A stretch of 64,000 nt of DNA from positions 4,852 through 68,851 of the forward strand of contig JASKKR010000001.1 in assembly GCA_030154085.1 (NCBI GenBank), written 5' to 3'. Both the position numbers and the translations under genes were made by a program. This DNA comes from Candidatus Cloacimonadota bacterium (GTDB lineage: Bacteria; Cloacimonadota; Cloacimonadia; Cloacimonadales; Cloacimonadaceae). Within the stretch, counting starts at the first letter, position 1, and every line of letters begins with the position of its first letter. Shown here piece by piece: positions 9,120 to 19,052 of the stretch. Under the pieces are notes generated by a model. The model was not told the DNA's origin and ran no database searches. It saw nothing but the letters and a program-made list of their open reading frames with translations.

Positions 9120-10496
9120 ATGTCAGATAAGAAAATCGGTTTGATCCGTCGTACCTATCGCAGCTCCATCAGAGAGGGGATATTTGCACAGATTTATGGC
9201 AATCTGGCAGCAATAGGGAGTTCGTTTGTCACCAAACTTATGGTGATCTTGGGGGCGACTCCACTCCAATATAGCATGCTCTCTGCTTTAGGGCAAATCT
9301 CCGCTCTGTGGCAGCCATTGGGAGTAGCATTTTCCCACAGAATCTCTGAACGGAAGTGGATATGTATCTGGATCACATTTGTGGGACGCTTTCTGACACT
9401 ATTCTTGGGTGTGGCACTCTTATTCCCAGACCAGCAAGATGGTATCTGGTTTATGCTGGTGTTACTCTTTTTTAGTGCAGGATTCCAAGCAACAGGAGCA
9501 AATATCTGGATTGCCTGGATCAGCGAGCTAATCCCCCTCAAGATCCGCGGCAGATTCTTTTCTCGGCGAAATCAGATTCTACTCGCGGTGGGATTGCTAT
9601 TTAGTTATGCGCTCAGCTATTTAGTAGATCTCTTTGAGAAAGGAGCAAGTCCATTCCAAATCAGGTCTCTACAAAAGTTCTTTATCCCACAAAATCAAAC
9701 TCTGTTTTTGGCATTTGTATATGTCTTTGCCTCCATCATCGGGATCATCGGGCTATCATTTTTAGCGCTTCAGCCTGAGCCCAAGAGGGAGCGTAGTCAT
9801 GAACAAAGCCTGCGGAAGGTCTTCTTGGAACCATTAAAAGACAAGAATTTTCGGCTACTCTTGGTCTTTGGTTCCTGGTGGATGATGTCGGTTGGTATTG
9901 GCAGCCCGTTTTGGACTCCGTTTATGCTGAAAAACTTGCAGATGAGCCTATTTGAAGTGCAGCTATACAACACTCTGCATATAGGCTCTTCGCTTTTGGC
10001 ATTTAGTTTTTGGGGAAAGTTCATCGACCGCTATGGCAACAAAACATCCATGAAGATCTGTGTATTTTTAGGGGGATTAAATCCGCTTTTTTGGCTATTT
10101 ATGACCTCTTCAAATTACAACATTCTCTGGGTGGAAGCTATATCTTCCGGCTTTATGTGGGCAGGTACGGGGGTAATTAGCACAAACTTTGTGCTTAGCA
10201 TAGCGCCACGCCGCAAAGAACAGTCATATAGCGGGATATATGCAGCGTTTACAGGCATCTTTATGATGAGTTCCTCCCTTGCCAGTGGCATCTTCTACCC
10301 AGCAAGTATGGATCTGGGCAGTCTACATCTGGCTCCGGAACAAGTGATTTTTGGTATCGGCGCCGTGATGCGATGGTTGGGAATCATCCCTCTGGGACTA
10401 GTTCGGGAATACCGCAGCGTTCCTCTCCGCAAGGCGTTAGCTTATAGCATGAGCCGAATAATTGGATGGCGTCCCAGAATGGGTAAGCGCAGTTAG
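9120..10496 (+). CDS. MFS-type transporter
   Basis: 458 aa with about 12 hydrophobic helices in two halves separated by a charged loop (PEPKRERSHEQSLRK), the typical MFS layout. Substrate unknown. Confidence 0.6.
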   Translation: MSDKKIGLIRRTYRSSIREGIFAQIYGNLAAIGSSFVTKLMVILGATPLQYSMLSALGQISALWQPLGVAFSHRISERKWICIWITFVGRFLTLFLGVALLFPDQQDGIWFMLVLLFFSAGFQATGANIWIAWISELIPLKIRGRFFSRRNQILLAVGLLFSYALSYLVDLFEKGASPFQIRSLQKFFIPQNQTLFLAFVYVFASIIGIIGLSFLALQPEPKRERSHEQSLRKVFLEPLKDKNFRLLLVFGSWWMMSVGIGSPFWTPFMLKNLQMSLFEVQLYNTLHIGSSLLAFSFWGKFIDRYGNKTSMKICVFLGGLNPLFWLFMTSSNYNILWVEAISSGFMWAGTGVISTNFVLSIAPRRKEQSYSGIYAAFTGIFMMSSSLASGIFYPASMDLGSLHLAPEQVIFGIGAVMRWLGIIPLGLVREYRSVPLRKALAYSMSRIIGWRPRMGKRS

Positions 10497-10576
10497 AAGG
10501 GATTGTTACAAGATAGCTGGACACGAAAAGGAAGCAGGGCTACTCTTTGTCCTTGAGGCAAAGAAGCATTTTGACC

Positions 10577-10605
10577 AAAAAAAACCGACCTCGCTAAAGG
10601 TCGGT
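10577..10605 (-). terminator. Rho-independent terminator after frr
   Basis: ACCGACC / GGTCGGT stem with an 8-nt loop. On the minus strand it is followed by a run of 7-8 T. It lies 24 nt after the frr stop. Confidence 0.75.
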
Positions 10606-10628
10606 ACTTATCAATTTTAGATAGAGTT

Positions 10629-11183
10629 TTATATTCCCATGATTTCTTTTTCTTTAGATTTTTCCACTTCATCGATTTTGCCAATCCATTCGTCAGTAAG
10701 ATCCTGGATTTCTTTAAGCAGTTTTTTCTCGTCATCCTCACTGATCTCACCGTCTTTTTTCATTTTTTTTGTCTGATCATTGGAGTCACGGCGAATGTTG
10801 CGGATAGCTACGCGAGCATCTTCAGCGATTTTTTTGAGATCGCGGACAATCTCTTTGCGTTTTTCTTCCGTCAAGGGCTGGAAGGGCAGTCGGATCACAT
10901 TGCCATCGTTTTCCGGAGTAATGCCGATATTAGCGCCTAGGATGGCTTTTTCGATGTCAGCCAGAGTCGTTTTATCCCAGGGCTGGATAATGATCGTTCT
11001 GGGTTCTGGGATTGATATGTTGCACAGTTGCTTGATCGGAGTGAGTTGACCATAGTAGTTGATCCGGATATCGTCCAAGATTGAGACACTCGCTCTGCCG
11101 GTGCGCACTTTTGAAAAGTTGTGAAGCAACGCTTCAAAGCTTTTTTGCATTTTCTCATTGGTCATATTTTTAGTTTCTTGCAT
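10629..11183 (-). CDS. frr: Ribosome recycling factor
   Basis: KVRTGRASVSILDDIRINYYG is the RRF signature. ATG at 11183 has GAGG 5 nt upstream and avoids overlapping pyrH; the listed ORF runs to 11222. Confidence 0.92.
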   Translation of the reverse strand: MQETKNMTNEKMQKSFEALLHNFSKVRTGRASVSILDDIRINYYGQLTPIKQLCNISIPEPRTIIIQPWDKTTLADIEKAILGANIGITPENDGNVIRLPFQPLTEEKRKEIVRDLKKIAEDARVAIRNIRRDSNDQTKKMKKDGEISEDDEKKLLKEIQDLTDEWIGKIDEVEKSKEKEIMGI

Positions 11184-11196
11184 TGTAACCTCTTTT

Positions 11197-11925
11197 TTAG
11201 GGATGAATGTAGGTGCCGACATTAGGATCCTGCAACGCTGCTTTCAGATTATTAGGTTTGCAGATATTGAAGATCTTGATGGGCATCATATTTTCGGCTG
11301 CCAAAGAAAAAGCGCTGAGATCCATGACTTTGAGGCGTTTTTCCAGACAAGTCTGATAGTCCGCATCGCGGATAAACTCTGCCTTGGGATCCTTCATGGG
11401 ATCTGAAGTATAGAGTCCATCGACTTTTGTGCCTTTGAGCACGATGTCAAGCTTGAGCTCGATCGCGCGCAAGACTGCGGCTGTATCAGTGGTGAAATAT
11501 GGGTTACCAGTACCTCCTGCCACAAAGCAGATTTTCCCTTCCGAGAGGGCATCTTGCACCTTTGGCGCACTGTAATGAGTTGCTACTTTATCCAACATAA
11601 AGCTGGAAAAGACCTTGGAGCTACATCCCTTGGCTATCAAGATCTCAGATAAATAAAGCGCATTTTGGATTGTGGCGAGCATGCCGATATTGTCCAAAGT
11701 AACCCTCGAGAGACTCTGATTTTTCCAGCTTCCACCGCGGAAGATATTGCCACCACCTAAAACGATAGCAATTGAATAGCCTTGGTTTTTGAGCTCGATC
11801 AGTTCATCCGTGAGGACATCACAGACTGTATCGTCAAATCCAAATTTTGCTTCACCTGCCAAGACCTCACCACTCAGCTTGAGCATGATGCGGTTGATCT
11901 TTTCGGCTCTGAAAGTGCTTTTCAT
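11197..11925 (-). CDS. pyrH: UMP kinase
   Basis: RIMLKLSGEVL...IVLGGGNIFRG...GTGNPYFTTDTAA are UMP kinase motifs, in the conserved tsf-pyrH-frr context. Confidence 0.93.
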   Translation of the reverse strand: MKSTFRAEKINRIMLKLSGEVLAGEAKFGFDDTVCDVLTDELIELKNQGYSIAIVLGGGNIFRGGSWKNQSLSRVTLDNIGMLATIQNALYLSEILIAKGCSSKVFSSFMLDKVATHYSAPKVQDALSEGKICFVAGGTGNPYFTTDTAAVLRAIELKLDIVLKGTKVDGLYTSDPMKDPKAEFIRDADYQTCLEKRLKVMDLSAFSLAAENMMPIKIFNICKPNNLKAALQDPNVGTYIHP

Positions 11926-11939
11926 CCTTGGTTGAGGGC

Positions 11940-12536
11940 TTATTCGCCCAATGCGTAACGAACAAAGCGGGCTATTTGGACGTTTTCACCTGTCTTGGCT
12001 ATGAAATCAGTGAGCAATTCTCTGACTGTCTTTTTTTCATCAGAGATCAGTCCCTGCTCCATCAAAGCATGTTCGCTGCAAAATTTGCGGATGTTGCCTT
12101 CAACAATTTTCTCCACAATTTCGGGTTTTTTCCCTTCATTGATGGCTTTGTTCCTGGCAATTTCTTTTTCACGTTCAATGATTTCTGGATCGATTTCTTC
12201 TGGTGTAAGCGCCATGGGATTGGTAGCTGCAATTTGCAGGGCAATCTCTTCCGCAAGAGCAGAGAATTCATCGGTGCGGGCTACGAAATCGGATTCGCAA
12301 TTGAGCTCAAGCATCACGCCGATCTTACCATTGAAATGGATGTAGGAATAGATGATACCTTCTTTGGTTTCGCGCAGGCTCTTCGCCTCGGCTTTGGAGA
12401 TTCCACGTTCACGCAGATATTTGATGGCGTCGTCCATCTTGCCATCGGTCTCGACCAAAGCTTTACGACATTCCATCATGCCTACTCCAGTCCTCTCACG
12501 CAGTTCTTTTACCATGCTTGCGGTAACTTCTGCCAT
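11940..12536 (-). CDS. tsf: Elongation factor Ts (short form)
   Basis: MAEVTASMVKELRERTGVGMMECRKAL is the EF-Ts N-terminal UBA-like motif. ATG at 12536 has AGGAG 6 nt upstream. The gene follows rpsB. Confidence 0.92.
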   Translation of the reverse strand: MAEVTASMVKELRERTGVGMMECRKALVETDGKMDDAIKYLRERGISKAEAKSLRETKEGIIYSYIHFNGKIGVMLELNCESDFVARTDEFSALAEEIALQIAATNPMALTPEEIDPEIIEREKEIARNKAINEGKKPEIVEKIVEGNIRKFCSEHALMEQGLISDEKKTVRELLTDFIAKTGENVQIARFVRYALGE

Positions 12537-12609
12537 TATAAACTCCTTTATGATGAAAGATAAATTGCAGCGTGCCGGGAAACCCGGCACGTATGATTAA
12601 GGTCTTTAT

Positions 12610-13422
12610 TTATTGTTCAGTCGCGGCCATTTCCGGGACTATTTCTTCTTTTTTCTCTTCTGCCGGCTCTTCGGCTTCTTCAGTTTCTCCAGCGGTTTCT
12701 GCGCCTTCAGTAGCTTCCGGAGAGTCAGAACCTTCGCTAGCCAAACCACGTCCCTCCAGCACGGCATTTGCCATGATGTCGGTAATCAAGGTAATAGCAC
12801 GAGTGGCATCGTCATTTGATGGAATCACATAGTCAACCTTGTCGGGATCGCAATTTGTATCCACCATCGCCACAATCGGAATTCCCAAGATGCGGGCTTC
12901 GTGAACTGCGATGTCTTCATACATAGTGTCAACCACAAATATTACTCCCGGTAAAGAATCCATATCCCGGATTCCTCCCAAGGAAAATTCGATCTTATCG
13001 TGCATGCGTTTCATCTTCTGAGCTTCAAGCTTGGTATAACTGGCAAGAGTCCCATCAGCTTCGATCTCTTCAAAGTATTTCATCTTCTCGATACTCTGAC
13101 GGATAGTCGCCATATTGGTCAGCATCCCACCGTACCAACGCTGGTTTACATAAAATACTCCTGCCTTTTCAGCAGCTTCTTTGATAGCCGTTTGAGCCTG
13201 TTTTTTGGTTCCCACAAAGAGAATGTACTCCTGACGGCTCGCTACTTCTTTGATAAACTGATAGGCTTCATTGATCGCATCGACCGTCTGTTTGAGGTCG
13301 ATGATATGGATCCCATTGCGTTTGATGAAGATGTATTTCTTCATCTTGGGATTCCACTTGAAAGTCTGGTGACCAAAGTGAACACCAGCTTCCAAAAGTT
13401 GTTTCATAGATACTACGGACAT
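12610..13422 (-). CDS. rpsB: 30S ribosomal protein S2 (with acidic C-terminal tail)
   Basis: MKQLLEAGVHFGHQTFKWNPKM is the S2 signature. The C-terminus is Glu/Ala/Thr-rich. Confidence 0.97.
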   Translation of the reverse strand: MSVVSMKQLLEAGVHFGHQTFKWNPKMKKYIFIKRNGIHIIDLKQTVDAINEAYQFIKEVASRQEYILFVGTKKQAQTAIKEAAEKAGVFYVNQRWYGGMLTNMATIRQSIEKMKYFEEIEADGTLASYTKLEAQKMKRMHDKIEFSLGGIRDMDSLPGVIFVVDTMYEDIAVHEARILGIPIVAMVDTNCDPDKVDYVIPSNDDATRAITLITDIMANAVLEGRGLASEGSDSPEATEGAETAGETEEAEEPAEEKKEEIVPEMAATEQ

Positions 13423-13614
13423 TTAGTTTTTCTCCTAATCTACGGTTAAATTTCCGCCAAGGGATATACGCAATTCAGAGGGACTATTCCCCTCACCGCC
13501 TTGCAACTCGCCTTGGAGGCATATTTGGCATCTCTGCCTGGTTTTAGATACTTATCCAAAAAGCGTTTAATCACCATCTTACGCGGGAGATATCCATCTC
13601 CCCAAGACCAAAGA

Positions 13615-14001
13615 TTAACGTTTGGAGAATTGGAATCTCTTTCTGGCTTTTGGACGACCGGCTTTCTTGCGCTCCACCATGCGGGGATCGCGAGTAAGAA
13701 AACCACGAGCTTTGAGGGCGGGTCTGAGCTTTTCATCATACTCTACCAAAGCGCGTGTGATTCCATGACGGATGGCTCCTGCCTGACCAGACAAACCACC
13801 ACCTCTCACATTTGCATACACATCGAAACTATCGGAAAGCCCAGCAGTCTGAAGAGGCTGCTCGACGACCATTTCCAAAGTTTCACGCTGGAGGTATTTC
13901 TTCATCTGCACTTTGTTGATGATGCGCTTGCCGGTGCCGGGAGTGAGTCGTACCCGGGCCACAGCATTCTTTCTTCTGCCAACGGCATCAAAGTTTTGCA
14001 T
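13615..14001 (-). CDS. rpsI: 30S ribosomal protein S9
   Basis: [19 protein letters not shown] and the C-terminal [17 protein letters not shown] are S9 signatures. Confidence 0.97.
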   Translation of the reverse strand: MQNFDAVGRRKNAVARVRLTPGTGKRIINKVQMKKYLQRETLEMVVEQPLQTAGLSDSFDVYANVRGGGLSGQAGAIRHGITRALVEYDEKLRPALKARGFLTRDPRMVERKKAGRPKARKRFQFSKR

Positions 14002-14016
14002 ACCTTACTTTTCTCC

Positions 14017-14445
14017 TTAAAGGCTGAGTTTGACCGGTTTCTGAGCTTCATGAGGATGCTCACTACCGGCATAAACTTTCAGTTTTTTCATCATTGCACG
14101 ACCGAGTGTATTCTTTGGCATCATACCTTTGACAGCATGCTCAATAATACGCTCCGGATGCTCTTCCAATATTTTGGCATACGGGATCTCTTTTAAGCCA
14201 CTTGGATATCCACTAAAAGACTTGTAAACCTTTTGCAAGGCCTTGAGGCCTGTAACACGAACTTTGTCAGCATTTATGACTATGACGTAATCACCAGTGT
14301 CTAAGTTCGGCGCAAAATACGGTTTATTCTTGCCACGCAAAATCGTGGCAATCTTTGTGGATAACCGACCAAGAGACTGCCCCGTTGCATCTACGACATA
14401 CCAAGCTTGGTTAATGTCGCTGGGTGATGGAGTTAGGGTCTTCAT
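14017..14445 (-). CDS. rplM: 50S ribosomal protein L13
   Basis: [28 protein letters not shown] is the L13 N-terminal signature. The gene lies upstream of rpsI, as is usual. Confidence 0.97.
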   Translation of the reverse strand: MKTLTPSPSDINQAWYVVDATGQSLGRLSTKIATILRGKNKPYFAPNLDTGDYVIVINADKVRVTGLKALQKVYKSFSGYPSGLKEIPYAKILEEHPERIIEHAVKGMMPKNTLGRAMMKKLKVYAGSEHPHEAQKPVKLSL

Positions 14446-14777
14446 CGATTCTCCTTTACAATTTTTATACAGAATGTCAGGATTTTAGCTCTAGAGAACA
14501 TGTCAAGAGAAATCATTATCTTTCAGACTGTAAGAGTTAAATCCCTTGCATAGATTCAAGGTACATTGAGACCAGATAAATTCCTACTTGTGGCAAGACT
14601 TCTGCACAGATCACAGTCGATAGGATGATTGTACCCAGTAAGATCATAGAACATGATAAAAGCCATAATCGGCATGGGCAGCATTAACCCTGTAGTGAAA
14701 CCATGATAACCAGATATACTTGACAGCTACCCGCTCTTTCATTTGATGAACCTAAGAATGTAAAAGTGAGGTGAAAA

Positions 14778-15869
14778 ATGCTATATATGCCGACCCGGAT
14801 ATTCATCGAAACTGGTGCTCTAACCAAGGCACAAAAATATATCACTCTGCTTGGGAAAAAAGCCTTAATCGTCTGTGGCAAACAAAGCGCAGAAAAAAGC
14901 GGAGTCATGGCAGATTTACAGCCGCTGCTCAAAGCAAACGGCATCAGCTTTGAAATCTATAACCAGATCCACGAGAATCCCGATCTGGAAAGCATCATCA
15001 CCGGTAAAGAACTATTCCAAAGACATGCCTGCGACTTTTTGATCAGCATCGGTGGAGGATCTCCTATGGATGCCGCTAAAGCGATCTCTCTTGCAGCCGC
15101 AAACAATCTTGAGATCTCACAGATCTACGATTCCTCGCTCTACCAAAAAAGCTTCCCCATTGCAGCAATTCCTACGACTCACGGCACAGGCTCTGAGGTT
15201 ACGCAGTATAGTGTTTTAACTGATTCAAGCGCACATAAGAAGGCGGGCTTTGGCTCGGATCTCATCTTTCCAAGACTGGCAATCGTGGATCCTCGTTATA
15301 TGCTATCACTATCCCCGCGCATCAGCCTAAACACTTCCTTAGACGCACTTTCTCACCTACTGGAAGGGATCTATAGCATCAAACGTAATTCATATCTGAT
15401 GCCGATGATCTATCGCGGTATTCGTCTGATAATCGACAATCTCTCTCTTTGTTTAAAAGAGCCCAACCACCTTCCAGCACGTGAAGCACTTGCCACTGCC
15501 TCTCTTTTTGGTGGGATCACCATAGCCCACACCAGCTCCACTTTACAGCATGCAATCGGCTACCCTTTCACCACCGAATTTGGGATCCCCCATGGCTTGG
15601 CAAACGCAATGTTTATGAGACAGCTAATGGACTTCTATGCTCCGTCTATCGAGGCAGAGCTTTCCACACTATTTGATAGTCTCAATATGAGTCGAGAGAA
15701 ATTTTATGCTTGGCTGGAAAGTTTCCCTATCCAAGTCAAAGTGGACCTACCAACCGATATGCTCGAAGAATGGATACCTACTATCCTCACCACCAGGAAT
15801 ACCAAGCTCAGCCCTCGGATCCCTACCGAAGCACAGCTCCGCGAGATCCTTAAGACAGTACAAAAATGA
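14778..15869 (+). CDS. Iron-containing (group III) alcohol dehydrogenase
   Basis: GGGSPMDAAKA and TTHGTGSEVT motifs, plus His-rich metal ligands (SHLLEG, HAIGYP, HG). Confidence 0.8.
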   Translation: MLYMPTRIFIETGALTKAQKYITLLGKKALIVCGKQSAEKSGVMADLQPLLKANGISFEIYNQIHENPDLESIITGKELFQRHACDFLISIGGGSPMDAAKAISLAAANNLEISQIYDSSLYQKSFPIAAIPTTHGTGSEVTQYSVLTDSSAHKKAGFGSDLIFPRLAIVDPRYMLSLSPRISLNTSLDALSHLLEGIYSIKRNSYLMPMIYRGIRLIIDNLSLCLKEPNHLPAREALATASLFGGITIAHTSSTLQHAIGYPFTTEFGIPHGLANAMFMRQLMDFYAPSIEAELSTLFDSLNMSREKFYAWLESFPIQVKVDLPTDMLEEWIPTILTTRNTKLSPRIPTEAQLREILKTVQK

Positions 15870-16222
15870 GAGCATCAAACATGATGAAAGTAAAAGATTT
15901 TCGCAAAACGAGAGAAACATTGACCCAAAAGACTCTTGATCTGGCAAACCTGAATATCAAGCGCTTCTTTGCCTTGGATCAAGCCGCTTATGAGGAAGGC
16001 ACGATCTCTAAAAAGCATAAAGAGCTGATGGGGTTGGTGGCATCGATGGTACTGCGCTGTGACGAATGTATAGCCTACCATCTGGACATGTGTTTCAATG
16101 CAGGTGTCAGTGATGAAGAGCTATCTGAGGCGATGAATATTGCGCTTGTGGTTGGCGGTTCGATCGTAATCCCACATTTGCGCAACGCCTATGCCTTTTG
16201 GGAAGAGCTCAAAAGCCTTTAG
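15866..16222 (+). CDS. Carboxymuconolactone decarboxylase / AhpD-like family protein
   Basis: 118 aa with the segment LRCDECIAYH typical of the CMD/AhpD fold. ATGA overlap with the dehydrogenase stop. Confidence 0.6.
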   Translation: MRASNMMKVKDFRKTRETLTQKTLDLANLNIKRFFALDQAAYEEGTISKKHKELMGLVASMVLRCDECIAYHLDMCFNAGVSDEELSEAMNIALVVGGSIVIPHLRNAYAFWEELKSL

Positions 16223-17070
16223 CAGCTTTTTGCCTTTAGCCAGTCATTCATAGCCATCGTGAAGGCGTTGTCGTTGCTCACGGGGCGGAACTCTTTTTTG
16301 AGATCTTCTGGGGCATTTGAGGTTACATATGCGTATTCTGTGAGTCTTAGCATATCAAGATCGTTGTAGTCATTACCGACGACCATCATATCTGAGGCAG
16401 ATATTCTCAGCTTGCCTAGCAGATACTTGAGACTCTCTCCCTTATTTACTCCCGGAGCAAATATTTCTATCCACAGAGATTGGAGGTCCATGGGAGAGGT
16501 AGTTCTGATTGGAGTAATGGGATACAGTTTATGACATATCTTTTGGTAAATATCTTCCCTATCCTGTGGCACAACCGCCAAGAACTGAGTAGCAGCAATG
16601 GTATGAGCGATGTGTTTTTCATCAAACACTTGTGCAAATTCCCGATAATGCTCGATTCTATTCCAAAAATCTGCCAGCCCAACTTTTTCCCGATACTTCA
16701 GAAAATGCGAATCCGGGATCCTATCGTGAAGCATATAATCGATATTACTCGCTTCCAGGACATTGCAGATCTTGCAGATGTCTGGGTTTTGCAGATCTTT
16801 ATAATAGATCAGATTCTGTGTCTTCCAATCCATGATACCAGCCCCGGTGGAGAAGATCACAAAGTCAAAAGGTGCGTCTATCGGGATGTGCCGACGCAGG
16901 CTAAATAATGATCTACCAGTGGCGAGAACTGTGATAATTCCCCGTAATTGCAAATCCTCAAGGCTGCTCAGGTCTTGATCACTAATATGTCCATGATGTG
17001 GCAAAAGTGTCCCATCCAGATCGCTGACAGCTATTCTCTTAGAGTTCATATGTGCTGATGATTTCCTCAA
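16219..17070 (-). CDS. Cof-type HAD-IIB phosphatase
   Basis: HAD motif I DLDGTLL, motif II ATGRS, motif IV GNDYNDLDM. TTG at 17070 has GGAG 6 nt upstream; ATG at 17049 is an alternative start. Confidence 0.75.
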   Translation of the reverse strand: MRKSSAHMNSKRIAVSDLDGTLLPHHGHISDQDLSSLEDLQLRGIITVLATGRSLFSLRRHIPIDAPFDFVIFSTGAGIMDWKTQNLIYYKDLQNPDICKICNVLEASNIDYMLHDRIPDSHFLKYREKVGLADFWNRIEHYREFAQVFDEKHIAHTIAATQFLAVVPQDREDIYQKICHKLYPITPIRTTSPMDLQSLWIEIFAPGVNKGESLKYLLGKLRISASDMMVVGNDYNDLDMLRLTEYAYVTSNAPEDLKKEFRPVSNDNAFTMAMNDWLKAKSC

Positions 17071-17893
17071 GCGCGACTCCCCAAGCGCTGCCTTGATTTC
17101 GTTTTTGGCTCAGTTTGATCGCCGAAGTGATAAAACTTACCACTTTGGGAATAGCGCTTTTGAGTGGCACCCCTGCCAGGCTGTTTGCGACCATGAGAGC
17201 GCTGAAGATATCTCCAGTTCCGGTATAATAACAAGGTATGTATTCACATGGGAAGATCTCAAAGTCGCCTTGTTTTGATGAGTACAATGTATCACATCCA
17301 GTTCCGTGAACTGACACACTGGTGAGGGTGATCTCATCAGGACCGAGCTGATGCAACTTTGCACAAAGATCAATTAGAGTCTGCTCGGAAGCGGGAGCCA
17401 GAGGATCCATATCTACCAAAAGGCACCCCTCAGTGTAGTTTGGGCAGATCATATCCGCTGTTGCAACCAATCTACGCATCGCATCCACCATTGAGCTATC
17501 GTAACAATCATAGAGTTTCCCCCCATCTGCCATAACGGGATCGATCACGATCAGAGCATCATCATCTGCCAAGGATGATATCGCCCTGAGCACCGTATCG
17601 ACTTGCCCAGGATTCCCCAAAAAACCGCTATATACTGCAGAAAACTTTAGCCCAAGCTCTTGATAATGGTTGATACTTTCCTCGATGAATTCGGTTGTAT
17701 CCAAAATTTTGTAACCTTTAAAACACGTATTTGCTGATAGCAATGCTGTGGGTAAGGCACAGACCCTGATCCCAAACCGATACATAAGCGGGATGATCGT
17801 CATTAGAGATGTATTGCCGATGCCGGACAGATCGTGAATTGCCAAGACGCTTTTATTCATTAGACCCCGCCAAAATCTGCAAATCCCTGACAT
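17039..17893 (-). CDS. Pyridoxal/pyridoxamine kinase (ribokinase superfamily)
   Basis: VYSGFLG, DPVMADGGKLY and GTGDIFSA motifs are PdxK/PdxY-like. An alternative start is the ATG at 17860. Confidence 0.7.
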   Translation of the reverse strand: MSGICRFWRGLMNKSVLAIHDLSGIGNTSLMTIIPLMYRFGIRVCALPTALLSANTCFKGYKILDTTEFIEESINHYQELGLKFSAVYSGFLGNPGQVDTVLRAISSLADDDALIVIDPVMADGGKLYDCYDSSMVDAMRRLVATADMICPNYTEGCLLVDMDPLAPASEQTLIDLCAKLHQLGPDEITLTSVSVHGTGCDTLYSSKQGDFEIFPCEYIPCYYTGTGDIFSALMVANSLAGVPLKSAIPKVVSFITSAIKLSQKRNQGSAWGVALEEIISTYEL

Positions 17894-17954
17894 TGAACCC
17901 TTTTAATTTTAGTTGCCAGCAGGTAAAACGAACAGACAAAAGCCCCTTCGCTGC

Positions 17955-18611
17955 TCATATCATACTCTCATAGACCTTTTGTAGAGCTTGCAGATCCTCC
18001 CAAGCTGGTCTTTTCCAATTTGGATTGCGCAACAGCGCTGCCGGGTGATAGCTCACAAAGACGGGGATTCCCATGAAACTATGCTGCCTTTGGCGCAGAT
18101 TGCTCAAGGTCTCGGTGCTGCCCAAAATACTCTGCGCTGCCACCAGCCCCATCACCAAAATGATGCGCGGTCGGATGATATTGATCTGTTCAACCAGATA
18201 GGGCATACATGCCAATCGCTCTTCGTTGCTTGGATTTCTATTCCCCGGAGGGCGACATTTAACAATATTCGTAATATAAATTTCGGCTCTTTTGATCTGT
18301 ATTGCAGCCAGCATCTTATCCAAGAGCTGTCCTGCTGCCCCTACAAATGGTCTTCCCGTCTGATTTTCATTATCTCCTGGTCCTTCTCCAATGAGCATCA
18401 ATCTGGCATCGGGATTGCCCTCGCCATAGACCAGTTTGATCCTTCCGGTTGATAAGGGACATTTTTGACAATCGGCATATTGCTGCGCCAAACTATCCAG
18501 TAAAGCCCCTTTATCATCAGGATCCGGCATCTGTGATGGGGTAATGAATAGTTGCCGAATCCCACTCTGGTTTAGTAACTCCAGATATTGTAATAAGGCG
18601 CGGCGTGACAT
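17955..18611 (-). CDS. Uracil-DNA glycosylase, family 4
   Basis: GEGPG...GRPFVG motif A, HPAALLRNP motif B, and a CQKCPL Fe-S-type cysteine region. Confidence 0.8.
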   Translation of the reverse strand: MSRRALLQYLELLNQSGIRQLFITPSQMPDPDDKGALLDSLAQQYADCQKCPLSTGRIKLVYGEGNPDARLMLIGEGPGDNENQTGRPFVGAAGQLLDKMLAAIQIKRAEIYITNIVKCRPPGNRNPSNEERLACMPYLVEQINIIRPRIILVMGLVAAQSILGSTETLSNLRQRQHSFMGIPVFVSYHPAALLRNPNWKRPAWEDLQALQKVYESMI

Positions 18612-19052
18612 CTATTTATCATCGTCGTCGTCGTCATCATCATCATCAAGATCGTCGTCAAAATCCTCGTCAAGGTCATTATCATTTTGAGCAAAAGGAT
18701 CTTTGATCACTTCGACCTGGTCATATTCGCTGATATCAGTAGCTTCCAGCTCACGAACAAATCTGGCAGAATCATCTATAGTCTCTTCGCTAAAATCGAG
18801 TCCTTCATCATCTTCATATTTCGCTCTCTCAGCTGCCATAATTCTCTCGGCTTCTTCCAGTTCCGTGACATAATCCGGAACTTCATTATCTGCCACATGT
18901 TCCATCGCCAAGACTGTTATCTTTTTGTCAAACTTTTGTTTCACAAAGCTCGGAAAGTTATTGATCCGATGTGCTTCCAGATTGGAAAGCAGACAAAAGA
19001 GGTAGGTCATATTGCCTTTTTCCAAAAAGTCTTCAATCTTCTTATCTATCAT
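18612..19052 (-). CDS. RNA polymerase omega-like protein with poly-Asp C-terminal tail
   Basis: N-terminal IEDFLEKGNMTYLFCLLSNLEAHRI resembles the RpoZ core (xEDCLxKxxNRFxLVLxAxxRA). It sits directly after gmk, the usual rpoZ position. The C-terminus is DEDFDDDLDDDDDDDDDDK. Confidence 0.5.
   Translation of the reverse strand: MIDKKIEDFLEKGNMTYLFCLLSNLEAHRINNFPSFVKQKFDKKITVLAMEHVADNEVPDYVTELEEAERIMAAERAKYEDDEGLDFSEETIDDSARFVRELEATDISEYDQVEVIKDPFAQNDNDLDEDFDDDLDDDDDDDDDDK

Noticed and set aside
13585-13602. A GGGAGAT-atcc-ATCTCCC hairpin lies between rpsI and rpsB.
   Set aside because: It is a perfect 7-bp stem, but no U-tract follows on the coding (minus) strand. It could be a processing or stability element, but I cannot call it a terminator.
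11928-14196. Plus-strand ORFs of 211, 149 and 231 aa lie opposite tsf, rpsB, rpsI and rplM.
   Set aside because: They are antisense to universally conserved ribosomal and translation genes with unmistakable signatures. They are typical shadow ORFs.
16219-16222. The CMD-family gene (+) and the HAD phosphatase gene (-) converge and overlap by 4 nt, sharing the sequence TTAG for their stops.
   Set aside because: This is real but trivial. It is a common consequence of compact genomes, and I see no regulatory element or unusual feature associated with it.
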